A DNA stretch of 64,000 nucleotides, taken from contig NIVC01001660.1 of NCBI GenBank assembly GCA_002269645.1, forward strand, positions 190,134 to 254,133, read 5' to 3'. The notes beneath the pieces were generated by a model. It saw only the letters and a list, made by a program, of their open reading frames with translations, was not told the DNA's origin and did no database searches. The position numbers and the translations under genes were made by a program. Origin of the DNA: Macrostomum lignano. Lineage: Eukaryota. Shown one piece after another: positions 11,156-23,510 of this stretch (position 1 is the stretch's first letter; the number at the start of each line of letters is the position of its first letter).

Positions 11156-14100
11156 CATATACATACCGAAATAGCAAAATTTAATACAACTAAAAATACA
11201 TAAAAATAAACACACAATACACTGCTTCTTAAAATAATTAAATCCACGTTACAGTACGTTCAAACTAGATGGGAATTTTCAGAGCCAAAAACTTCGAAGC
11301 AAATTAGCATAATAGCACAGACAGAAGTACAGATTAAGAGAGAGAGTGAGAAAGAGACTATTTCTTTTTTCTTTCTTTTCTTGATGGCGAACTATCCGTG
11401 GATAAAGTTGTGCGCTGCTGATGCTGAAGCCTTGATGATGCTGCAGACATTATATTCATACATGTAACAGGTCCCCAGCTGGATGGGACGCAAATGGTCG
11501 AAAAAGATCAGACGCTAATTTACGCCGGTCTAAAACTGGACCAAAATCTGTAGACGGCCGGCACCAATAGCGATCGCAGAGTAGACAATGAGGGTATTGC
11601 AGCAGGGAAGAGACATGTTGAGTGTAGCTACCACACCATATATATATACGTATATATGATCGAGTAGTGTCCCAGGGTCCTCTGGTTCTGGTCCTTCTCC
11701 AAGAAGCTACGAGTGAATCGTCACAGTATATCCATCCCCTAGAATTTAACTGTTACTTTAAGATTGAGTGGACTTTCACGTAAAGCACGGAATGTCCCAG
11801 TAGCGTACAGCGTTGCGGCAAGACACATGATGTTACTACTCTGATGGTCCTGAGTCCTGTAGCGGTGTTTCCACTGAATCGCGGTTGTCCGGTTTTTGTT
11901 ACCCCAACTCTCCGTTATATATTAGGATTGGCTATAAATTTCCATCTACGACTCGACACTGGCAAGTCTGATCAATTTTTAACAAGAATGTAAAAATATT
12001 TTCTCCCTGCAATTGGCGAATAAAGAATCTGTGACGTTGCTAGTTTAAGTGGTCCCGCAAAAGGGCCGTTGGACTATAGTTTCCCTTGCAATTTCTCATT
12101 TTAATTTCTCCAATAGTTTATTTTAACGTTTACTTATAGTAGCGTGCAAATAATCTGTATCAACTGCTAATTCACTGCGTATTTGGTAGGCCTTGCGCTC
12201 GTCTGTGAATTTTGGCACGATCGATAATTTCAAGTTCTCTCGCCAGCCAATGAAAACTCTCCGTGTTTTACGCTACCCCCTTTTGCGCTCTTTATTAACC
12301 CCCGCCTGGCGGCGGGCTGGGGGCCTCCTCACTTCGCGGCTCTTGTTTTCCTTCTCCTGCCCTCTGTCTCGAGCCTCCTTTATCTCTCGCCACGGCTCCT
12401 CTGTCTGGGCCAGCCTGTTTACACTGCCTGCCACGTCTGCCACGGCTAGCGCCAATCTCACCACTACGCATCTGCCTCTTCTGTGCTCATCGCCGTTACT
12501 CACCACGTTGCATCGCCTTGCATCACTCGCCTACCACTCGACTACAATTTCTAATTCAACTTCAATTCAAAACCATTGTTGCAGCCGCCAGTGTCCCAAA
12601 AGCACAATAAGTTCTGTATTAACATTAACCAAATTTGAATATTGATCTCAACAATAAAACAACTACGGCAGTTACCTGTCTTGTATGCCAAGTGCTCCGC
12701 TACACAATCCGCTTATCAAGACTTGTCTCGATTCATTTTGGGACTACGACTTACGACAACTCTCGTAAAACGGCCCTTCTAAGGGTCATAGCCTCTACGC
12801 CAATAACGTGACAAATCTTTCCTTCTCTGCTCTCCTCTCCGACAATTGGCTCCTTAGATTATTGGTCTGCACAAGCTGGTTCCTTCGTCCAGCCAATAAG
12901 CATTCGCTTCACAATTATAGCAGATAATCGAGAAAGAAACTTGGAATACACGCTCGTATTCGACCCTTTTCTGAGAGACTGCAGGGGCAGTTCACAAAGC
13001 GTTGTGGGCGCCAAACTTTTGGGCTATATTTAGCTACACTAGTCAAAAAAGAGGGTGAGGAGCAGAGTGTTAAAACAAATTGGCTTCTTATAAGGTACTC
13101 CGCGTATTTTGGCGGGAAATTTAACTGAAAGAGCCTCATCAGTTGCAAATAAAGGAAACGAACATTGAGAATAATGCAAGAGCAAGAGGAAAAGAGAGTA
13201 GAGAGTTATTTATCATACTAGAAAAAGGGGAAATCTTAAAGGCAGAGAATGACTTTCTGCCAAATCTGCTATAATTAGTAGCAATAAATAAAAATGAAAA
13301 CCCGCCAATAAAAGAGAAGATATTTAAAAGTAAGCTGTACATGTAGTTGGAAGGTGATGTACACAAATTTGCCATAGCAGACATATGCACATTATAGGCT
13401 CGTTTTTATGATAAAATTTATGTATTTTACTTTTCTACTAATCCAGAATGACAGATACTGGTAGGCAGCAGTAAACTTAAAAAATATACGGTGAAAAGGC
13501 TAAGGGGGTTCCGGTGTGACCTAGGGTTGACTTATTTGTGAATGTCATAGTTTTTACTGTCAGTAGACTAATACGTAAATTTATTCTTTCTTGTATAACT
13601 TCTGTGTATATTTTAGCATCGGCTTTTATATATCGGCAAGTAATAAGTTTCTAGTAGTCATAGTTTCTAATTGTCAATATTGCTTAGCGCCCACGTAACC
13701 TTCAACAAATCATAATTCGTTGCTAACATCCATAACGTTTTGATCCATTATTAATAACTTGTTTTTTCGTCGCTAGAATACTAAAAAATTTGGCCAACCC
13801 AGCATTAGCAAATTATGCTTAAAGCTAAATATTGTATATCGCTTTCTTGGACTACATACATGCTGTTCTGTTCGTTCTTGAGTGTCGCCCGTCTGTACGC
13901 TGCGCTAGATTTAATTCGTCACACTGAAAACAATAAACAATAAAATTTTTTAAGTGTCCTTCTACTTTAATTGTACCTTACTACCTAAAAATTCCAAATT
14001 ACAGAGACAAACACACATTTAATTACATGTAGTACTTTTGCGTAACATTCTCGAATAAATTGAAGAATAAGCTAATTATAGGTCATTTTTTATTTTTGAA

Positions 14101-15463
14101 ACAAAAAACTGTCGTATCAAATTAAATTACTTTGATTGGAAATGACAGCAAAAGTTTCAGTTGGCTCTATAATATTTGTAAAAACAAAATCACACACTAA
14201 AATTGTAACAGAAAATACCAATAAAAACTTTGGTACATATCAAACCTCTAAACCTCTAGAATATTTTTATTTCAAAGTTTATTTTAAAATATTTATATAA
14301 CGTTAACTATAACGTAAGACAAGTTTTGTCGCTTGGATAAACGTTATAGGAAAAGGTTAGGTTATAGGAATGGTTATAGGAAAAAGTGATATAGCTAGCT
14401 CAGATTTTCCATACAGAAAAGCGGGATTAAATATCTATATATAGCAATTTAAATCTAGATAATTTGCCACAAATCATATTGTATAACTGAACTTAATTCA
14501 GATGAAAAAATCTGCTGAGAGTTGGAAAAATAATGATATAATAATATCTCCTCTCTAAAAATTACGTAGGTCCTTAAATTGATTTTATTTAGTCACTTAT
14601 TAACAACAATTATCTTTAAACCAGAAATTTTTAATCATTCAAACAGAATGATTAAAACCATCGTAGGAAACAAATTAGATTATTTTTCGCCTAGTCACAT
14701 GATTTTTTCGGACTGAACTAATCTAACTTAACATTGAACGAACCAGACTGGATTAAAAATATTGGAAACAGAGCTTCAAAGTTAGCTGGTATTAAATTTT
14801 GAGTTAAAAATCAAAACGATGCCGCATGATAATGTATGTGAGCATCATTAACATAAAGTACGTTACAATGATTAGGAAGACATTATTAAGTTTAAAATTG
14901 TCAGAATCAAATAAAATTTAGCCGGTAAAGCTTGGCAAACACAATTTTATAAAAATCATTTATGTTTAATGGAAATTTTAAATTAGCTATTTAATTTAAT
15001 AGAAAATAGCTAATTATTTATCGACTGCAAATGTTTAGAACGAGTCATTTATCACTCCTGGCAGTTCTTTTAAAAGTTTGGATTAGTTGATTGCGAAATG
15101 TAGGAGTTTGTAAAACTGCACACACGTATTAGCTACTTCCAAACCACAATTTTTAGAATCTGCCAAGATGCATGATCTACTTTGTTTCGCTGTTTAAAAA
15201 TGAACTTCGGAATCTCAGAGTAGCTATATAGTCTTGCTACGTGATCGTTTAAGCATTCCTTCAATTTCATAAAATTTTCCTCCCTCATTTGTATAGCTTA
15301 ACTGATCCTTTGAGAAAATATAGATTTATAAAAGTTTTACTGTTCGGCATGCAGTAAAAGAACACACACACACACAGATTGTCAATCAGCATTAACTCCA
15401 ATCGATGTAGGTTGCGATTAAACACAGTTCATGCCTTCAGGTTCAACGCAAGTAACGAGCGAC

Positions 15464-18400
15464 TCAATCCAACAAGAAGCGCAGACTGTCGATCGCCTCC
15501 TTCTTGGAAACCAGAGCCCAGGTTGGAGGCAACTCTTTGATTCCTTTTCGATGCTTAACCAGCAGCTTATACTTAAATGTCCACGAGAACCAGTGCCAGA
15601 ACTTTGCCGAATCGTTTCCTGCGTCGGGATCAATCTCCCACTCTGGAAAGTACTTTTTGTACTCTTTGTAAGGGTGATACACTTCTTGTTCGCTGTCGGC
15701 ACCTTGACAGTTTGGCGTCTGCTTACCTTTTCGTTTGCAAAAACCACATGAAAATCTGTCACCGCTACTTGCGAGAAATTCACAATTTTTGAATGTTAAC
15801 TGGTCAATTCCAATATAATACACACCTTCAACTCCAGGTGGTCTGTGCTGAATGCAGCCATGTGGGCTGCCATCTTTTTCGTAGTGATTTTCCTGAGACT
15901 TGCAGCACGGCTCGCTACAGAAGGGGCAGTGTTCTTTGCAGCCCCAGAGGCTCTGAAGCACATCGGAGTAGAGAGTGGAGTCTCCATGCCATTTGACTGT
16001 TGACTCGTCCATACTAGCGAAGTGCTTTACCAGTGAGGACTTGAGGTCGCCCAGGCCGCCTAAAAGGTGCTTCAGCATATCTTCCACTTTTACAGTAGAT
16101 TCGAAAGTGCAAACATGCTGCAAATTTCTAGGAAGCACGGCGAGCTCTTTTTCGGCCTCCTTACAGAATTTATCGACCCAAACTTTCAGCGAGGTGCACC
16201 GAGTTGCCGCCACTCTTGCAGCTTTTTCAGTGACCGCAATTATCGGCGCAATGAGCGATGACTCGAGATGGCCTGAAAATACAGTATTGCCATCCGTTGT
16301 TCTCTGAAACAGCTGACGGTTAATGAACTGCGTCAGCCATTTCAGAGCAGTAGTATGGGAATCTCTCACGTATTCAAGGATCGATTCTGCGTCATCTTGC
16401 TGTGCCATGTCGGTTAGCATGCGAACAATGAGCTGGTATTTTCCCCTGCCGATCTCGTTCAGCATTACTCCTCTCAATTTACCTGCCATTCTTTCCTGGA
16501 AAGCCTGTTTCATCACCGAGTCCAGATGGTCACAAATGAAATCAGCCACAATCTTGGCTTCCGCCTGCTGTTGAACAATGTTTCTAAACAAATTCAACAT
16601 TTTTGTCTTCGTATCCGCCAGCTTTGTTTTGATGCTGTTGGCTTCGTGAAAATTCCGCGTAATCTGCTCAAATATTGGGTATGCAGTGCTGAGGGCGAGA
16701 ATCACTACCTTGATTTCGAATGCAGGTGTTGTGCGGATATGATTGCTTGATAGTCCGATAGAGGAGTTTATTGCATCACGCACGCATTTTTGTATCCGCT
16801 TAACATGGACCTTTGAAAATCCACTTGACTCCCCTTTCATATCCTCGCAAAGACTTTTAACGGCCTTGAGAATGTCAGATACAACGTCTACTACTAGATT
16901 ACGCTCTTCTTTTTCTAGCTGACTGGTAAAAATACTAATGAATTTGTCTTTCATTGATCGTTTTGATATAATAAGCGTAACAGTGTCTCCTTTGGGAAAC
17001 AGAATTTCAAGTAAGCTGTCACTTTGAACCGCTGATTGTCTCTTTAATGGAATTTGATCCAAAAATGAGCGTACTTTTTCTAACTCATTATAGTAGATCT
17101 CTCGCAGTTGATCCACCACTTGAATCTCAACAAGTCTCAAGTCAACCGTTCTCTCAGATGGCAGCTGCTGCGTGAACTCCTGCCACAGAGCTTCGAATTC
17201 CTGCAGAATTTTTTCCTTTGGACTGCTCCTTAGCGTGGGTGCAAGTTCGGTGGCCCGTCTTATGATCCTCGACTCCCACTCCACCGTCCGTGAACCTTGC
17301 TGAAGCTCAACTTTTTGCCCGTCGCACAAGACTTGGAGCTTCTGCCGAAGTGACTGCTCAAGACTTTTCACACAATCCCTTAAAGACACTAACTTTCGCT
17401 CCTTCCATTGTATCGTGTACTCACTGTACTGGTTTTCATCCAAAAATTGGTTTAAGGACTTTAGACCTTCCCGCTGCCAAGTTTCAAGCATAGCACGAAG
17501 CTCACTTATCGCCCTCTGCTGCACATCCGCGACAGCATCGACAGTTTCGCATTTCCTAACAGGAATCGCTGCTGATTTATGAAGCCAGTCTTCGCTCAAC
17601 TCTTCAATGTGATTTGTCACTTCGAGAAATTTATTCTCCAAAAGGTTATATGCCTTGAGCTCGACACTGCTTTTAAAGCTGAACACAAAGTCCTCAGACA
17701 GTATTGCCTTCCACAGATCATTTACTCGATGAGAAAAGTCGCTGAATCCCAGATAGCTCTTCTGTTCTTTATCAAAAATGTGTAAAAGGTGCTGTTTAAC
17801 GTCCTGAACACCCATCGAGTAGCCCGGATTTACTGGACCCATGGGTGGGTCGCTCTGTAGCAGATCTGACATGAAGAATATATCGGTGTCTCTGTTGAAC
17901 TGCAGAATGTCTCCTAAACGCTTCACATCATTGAGACCTTCTTCTTCTGCAGCTTCCTTCGTCATTTTGTCGAGTTTCTGTTGTATCTTGAATGTCGCTT
18001 GCTGCATCATCTCTTTTGCTCCAGCCGCTGCTACATTCTGGTGTATGAAGATGCAGTGTCTGTGCAGATCTCGATCTTTGTTTGCCATCTTCATCCTGAT
18101 GAAGGCGTGAATCGCGATCTGTAAAATCTCATTCATCTCCGCAGCGTTCTCTCCTTTGATGTTGATGATAGTCACGTCTCCAAGTCCGATGACCAATGTA
18201 GCTAGCTCGTTGTCATGGTGATGTTTGTCCAGACCCAGCTCCGGAGCTCTCAGACCCTCGGTGTCGAGCACAGCGACATAGTCGAACGGCATTCCTGACT
18301 CCACCGGAACCAGCTGCAGAAATGCGCCTCGAGTACAGCGGCCTGCGCTCACTGCGAACTTCAGTCCGAACATGGTGTTGAGCAGAGTGGACTTGCCTGA

Positions 18401-21400
18401 GCTCTGCAGACCGAGCACGGAGATTACGTAGATCTTCTTGTCGCCGACCAGCTCCTGGCAGCTCTTGAGGATAGCTGAGATCCAGGCAGACGGGATGTTT
18501 CCAGCGTCGCCGTCGAGAATCTCTAGAGGAACTCCGCACAGCAAGAGTTTGGCCATCACGTGTGGAAACAGATTGATGTCAAGCGCTCGGAAAGTCTTTG
18601 TACTTTCTGAAGAGGCAGCTAAAATGGCCTCGTAGACTTGGCCCGCCTCTCTGAATATGTTTTCGAGGCCAATTGAAGCAAGCAGTATTTTATGGTCAAG
18701 TTCGTTGAGCTGATCATCTATTGCGGTCTGGGATGATTCATCCGCAGTTTCTTTACGCTGCCGCAATTCCTGCTGCATTTTTCTAAGCCTTGGCAAATGC
18801 TCTCTGGAAGAATTGTCAAAGAAAGATCGAATGCACTGAAGCCAAAGCTTAACCAGAAGCTCATTGTCGGCTATCTTTGTCAGTGTGGTAAGAAACTCCT
18901 CCATAATGGGACTGAGTTGATGGCACTGAGCGATTTGCTGGCGTCTGGCATTGAGACGCTGATGCTGAGCTTCCAACTTGTCTTCATCTGTTGCCTTAGA
19001 AGAGTTTTCTCTTTTGTAGTGGCGACTGTAGTCCATCCATTTTTTTTGCAAAGGAAGATGCTTTTTATTTAAGTTCATGATTCCACATTTCGATACTTCT
19101 CCAAAGATAGAGCTGCAAAGCTGGCTTGCCTGAGAAACGAGACATCCGTCATCAATGTAAACTTTGATTTCTCCATTAGATTTCTGCTCTATACCAACCT
19201 TTGCCAATGACTCTGACAGTGTTTGTTGGATTTCGCCAACTATTTCACGCTCTGGTCTTCCTTTCTTTGTGTCAACGCAGGAAAATGATTTAAGGATGCT
19301 CATCGACTCGCTACTCAACGGATTTGTGAGTGTTTGAGATCTGTAGAGAACCACTATCACTTCTAATTCCTTCATTTTTGACATGCTTTGAAGCTGGCTA
19401 AAGCACTCGGGCTGTGAAAGGGTGCTGACTTCCACAAATACAACTACAACTTTGGAGGCCGAAGTTAAAACCTGAGATTTGTCTGGAAAATCTAGCAAGT
19501 CACCTCTGAGGTTTGTTGCCAAGAAGGCTCGAGTCAGTTTAATGCTTCTGGACGGCAGAAATACGGTGGCCTCAACGAGTCCGTTGCTGCAGACTCTGCG
19601 CGCGTGGCCGTTGGTGCAGTCTCTGTGGAAGAACGTCTCATGACTGCTGCCATTGAGTAGGGAGTTCAGCAATTTGGACTTGGACACAGGCAAATCTCCA
19701 ATCCTCACAAATGATACCACCGGAAAATGATAATCTGATAGCAGGCTGGTCTCTATGTACTGGCCATTTTCGTTCATGAACTGAACTACAATGTCTTTCA
19801 GACCCCAGCTGTTCATAACCAGCGGCTTTCCAACAGTTGAATAGATGAATGGGAAAGCCAGCTTGCAAGCAAACAGAACTTTGCAGAGCATCTGTTGCAC
19901 CTCTTTGTCACAGCAGAGGTAGCTCGCAAGTAAAATATCCATCGGGTTCAGCTCATTCTCAGAGCTGCCTTCATCATCGTCCTCGAGGTTTAAAAGCGAA
20001 ATTTTTTTCGGTAAAGCCGTTGCCGTCGTCTCTGGAACCAAATTTCTCCCCTGTGCGTCGCAGCTGATGAGTGCGCGGATGACTTGCCAGGCAACGGAGT
20101 TTTCCTTCAAATTTCTGCGCTCGTCTTGGCTTCTCCTGACGAAAAGAACGTCCTTGCGCGAGATTCTCTCTGGATAATAAGACTTCAGCCCGAGATGTTC
20201 AACAGTATCTTGAACTGATCCAAATTTCATTGGCTTTCTCGGTTCCGCAACTCGTGGGGTTGTTGGCTGCGGATTGATAGTTGGTCGATCTGGAATCGAG
20301 TCTTGCCTTTTTGGAGGTGTAGGAGGTGGCGCTGGTGTTTCAAGCGTTGACATTGGTCCTGGGGATAGCGGTAGCGATTGTTGAGTAGTCGACGACGGAT
20401 CCGAGTCTTTCTGCACTGGATCCGATGGCTTTACTGTGTTGAGTCGCCTCTTTGGATTTTGTTGCGTCATCGTCTCAAACATTTTCTTTCTGGATGCGAC
20501 AGAACTGGTTGGCCTAATAATTTTATGCAGCTTAGTAAAGAGATCCGTCAAGGCTTGGTTGCTTTCCTCATCTCCAGCGAGCTTCCTCACCAGTGCATAG
20601 TCGATAGCTTCTAATGAGTCCAAGGTAACAATGTTTTTCTCTCTAAAGTACAACTCTATGAGGTTCAGAAACTCAGTGGACGTATATTCGGGGTGCTTTT
20701 CCGCAAGCATTTCCTTGGCCTTCAATGCAGCACTCGATAGACGGACTTCTTCTGCATCTAAAATTGTCAAATGGAAACAACTACCTGGTATGCTGTATAA
20801 TATTTTATTTATGCACAATTTATACGCTCGTAGGCTCGTATATTCGCAGAAAAATTATTTACACTGTGATTTCTTAACTGACCTTCTTGAGGACATGTAG
20901 TTCTTGTGGGAATTTCAAGTAATATTTCAATATTTTACTTTCGACAGCTAATAGTCGCAAAGTCGCAAAGTCGCAATTTTTTCTCAGAAAGGAATTAATT
21001 ATAGCATAAATTTATAATAATACGAGCGTACAGAAGAGAATCATGTTTTGATGGCATAATCTACCGTCTTGAATGTCGAGCCTCTTAATGTCAGCCGAGG
21101 TTGTCCTCTGGAGTCCCATTTTGCCTCTAAATTTAGCGTTATAGCACTTGTCGCAGAAAATGTCGCCCTGCGCTACGAACAATTTAGTCACTTGAAGCTG
21201 CGCATTGCATTCTCCTGTGAATCATGCAGCACACAAATAGCGGTGTTACCCACAGTTCAAATAACAATAACAAATAACAAATAACAATAAACTTTTACAG
21301 ATTTAGACATTTATAACCAGCACTGTGTTGTAATATACGAGTACAGGTTTAAGTAAAAATGTGCGGCATTATTTGTTGTAATGCCAATTAGTTTTTGTAG

Positions 21401-21724
21401 TAACTGAGTCAGAGGCCGTGTTTGCTGTGTAGCCAAACTCTTACAAATCTCGCCGCGCTGGGCACGCGTCTATATATTATGGAGTTAGAATTGGGGTGGC
21501 GGCACCCACCCCACTCCGCAGCCAATCAGACTGCCCGGGCATACCATACTGTGCGTACGCACACTACAGTTTTGACAATTGAAAGCTTGGCAGTCAGGCT
21601 GCCATGAGCTGGTTCACTTACCGTTACCGCACCGCAGGCAGTTTTTGTGCCAGCTCTGGTTGGCTGCTTTCTGAGCCTCTATCAGAAACACCGGTTTGCT
21701 GCACCGGGGGCATATTTCATCCAT
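15464..21724 (-). CDS. LIM-domain-fused very large GTPase (VLIG/GVIN1-URGCP family), about 1848 aa. Exons 21724-21622, 21214-21065, 20757-15464
   Basis: Main exon: G1 GLQSSGKS, G2 GRCTRG, G3 DTEG, FIHQNV, a degenerate N-terminal VSFVRIG..SKSKLLN module and C-terminal CPFC..PC/H..C..HRP motif, all typical of the family. The two upstream exons have GT-AG boundaries in matching phase 1 and encode a LIM domain. Total 5547 nt, in frame. The family call is high confidence; the splice model is inferred. Confidence 0.85.
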
Positions 21725-23137
21725 GGATCTTGGATGCCCGTCCTCGATATGCCTGTTTTGACTTGTTTAAGGCTATGAAACAGCTGGAACTGTATGGGTT
21801 GTTGGGGCAATTTCGGTTAATGTTTCGGTTAATGAAAATTGATTAAAAACTTCTAGACAACGTTAGACAACGTCACCCAAATTTTTAAGGCGTCCTTATA
21901 CATAGCACATAAACTGCCTTTAAAAAAACTATATTAAATTTTTAAACTGTGCCTTACGAAACTTAAGGAATACAACGAAATAAATGAAACAAAATGAACG
22001 CAATAAAACACTCGAATAAGTATACTTCTTTTAAAGTTGGATGATAATTAGACACCAAATATTGTACTCGTAAACGCAAGCAAGCGGTTGTGCACATACA
22101 TGTACGAGCGTGCAAAAAGCTATCATTGGGTTGAAATTTTGTAGTATCACAGTTAGAGCAGGGCGCGGTCGATGGCTCGGCACAGAGCACAAGAGCGGGC
22201 GAAAGAAAATACACACATAATTGTATCTTCATATTACAAGTAATTAACAAATTCATTAATATTTGTATCGTTATAGATCATCAAAAATACGAATTAATTA
22301 GTTGAGAGCTTCTATCCATGTTAGAATTAATTAAATTTGCAGTTAGTTTACTACGAGTATGAACAGAGTTTCGCTTAATTTTGTTAAATATAACAATTGG
22401 TAAAATATATAGCCAGTAGGCAAGGACTACTAAAGTAGCATAAATTTTGGTTTAATTGTCCTTGCTACTAGGTGGAATGCTTCTGGTAGCTACTTACGTC
22501 ATTAAAATCAACAAGCTACTAAATGTGAGTAAGCAGTTAAAAGTGCAATTGGCTTAGGTGAATTTGCTTTTGTTTGCCTAAAAAGTATTTAAATAAGTTA
22601 TTAATTTGTTAAACCTACATGAAAGTAAAGAAATTTGTTCAATAGGTAGCATTAGAATTACACCTTAATATTTTTGACATAGCTACACTATTTAAACAAT
22701 GCGGGAATATTCAGTAAAAGGCAGAGCGTTACAACTATGCTAAATACTTGATATCGTTCAGTTTCGCTTTTATAGCCTAAAATCTAGTTACCGCCGACGG
22801 GCTGAAAAACAGCGAATAGAAAAAGAAATTCAGCACGAACCATAGCTGGAGTCCATTTTATAAGCTTGAAATTACAAGTGACAAATTTCAATATTACGCA
22901 ATCTTTTACACAACTTTTTGCTTTTTTGGTACTTTTGTATTTTTTGACAAGTAGCCCCGGGAACCTGTAGTTTTTGTATGCAGAGCGGAAAAAAAACTAA
23001 ATATTTTCAGCAAACTTACGGCTACGGCTTATTTAAGCAGTTATTTTACCGGCGGGGACAGGCGCGCACTATAAGCGTTTCGTCGAATGTCTCGACTATG
23101 ATGTTGCTTTTTTAAAGACTCCGACAGCGTATTTTGC

Positions 23138-23161
23138 TGTTGTTGTTGTTGTTGTTGTTGC

Positions 23162-23204
<43 letters not shown>

Positions 23205-23205
23205 A
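23138..23205. repeat. (GTT)n microsatellite
   Basis: Read directly from the sequence. Confidence 0.95.
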
Positions 23206-23510
23206 GCTTAAAGAACCTTATAGTAGGAGTCCTTACAAGTCTAGACCATTCGAATCGAATCATTAGCTTAAGTTTTTTTCGATACCCTGAAAGCGTCTCA
23301 GAAAATATTCATGAAACCAAGATGCTAATAATTTGGTAAGCCACTTGTGGAATTCTTATAAAATGGATCTCAGAATCATTTAAAACTCTTTACACGGCGC
23401 AAAAAAAGTTAGCTATTGATGTGAAAAGCAGCCTAATCTTTAAGAGCTTAAACTGAAACTACAAAATAAAATTGCGTGTTAGCTAGGGTTTTTTATGCCC
23501 AACGTTAAGT

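Noticed and set aside
12193-12645. 150-aa ORF and opposite-strand LINE ORF1-like remnant
   Set aside because: Compositionally biased with only vague similarity; not supportable.
20758-20818. ORF-track start MCINKILYS for VLIG-1 (and MNSLQMYK at 29294 for VLIG-2)
   Set aside because: They lie in AT-rich sequence upstream of good splice acceptors and are probably intronic.
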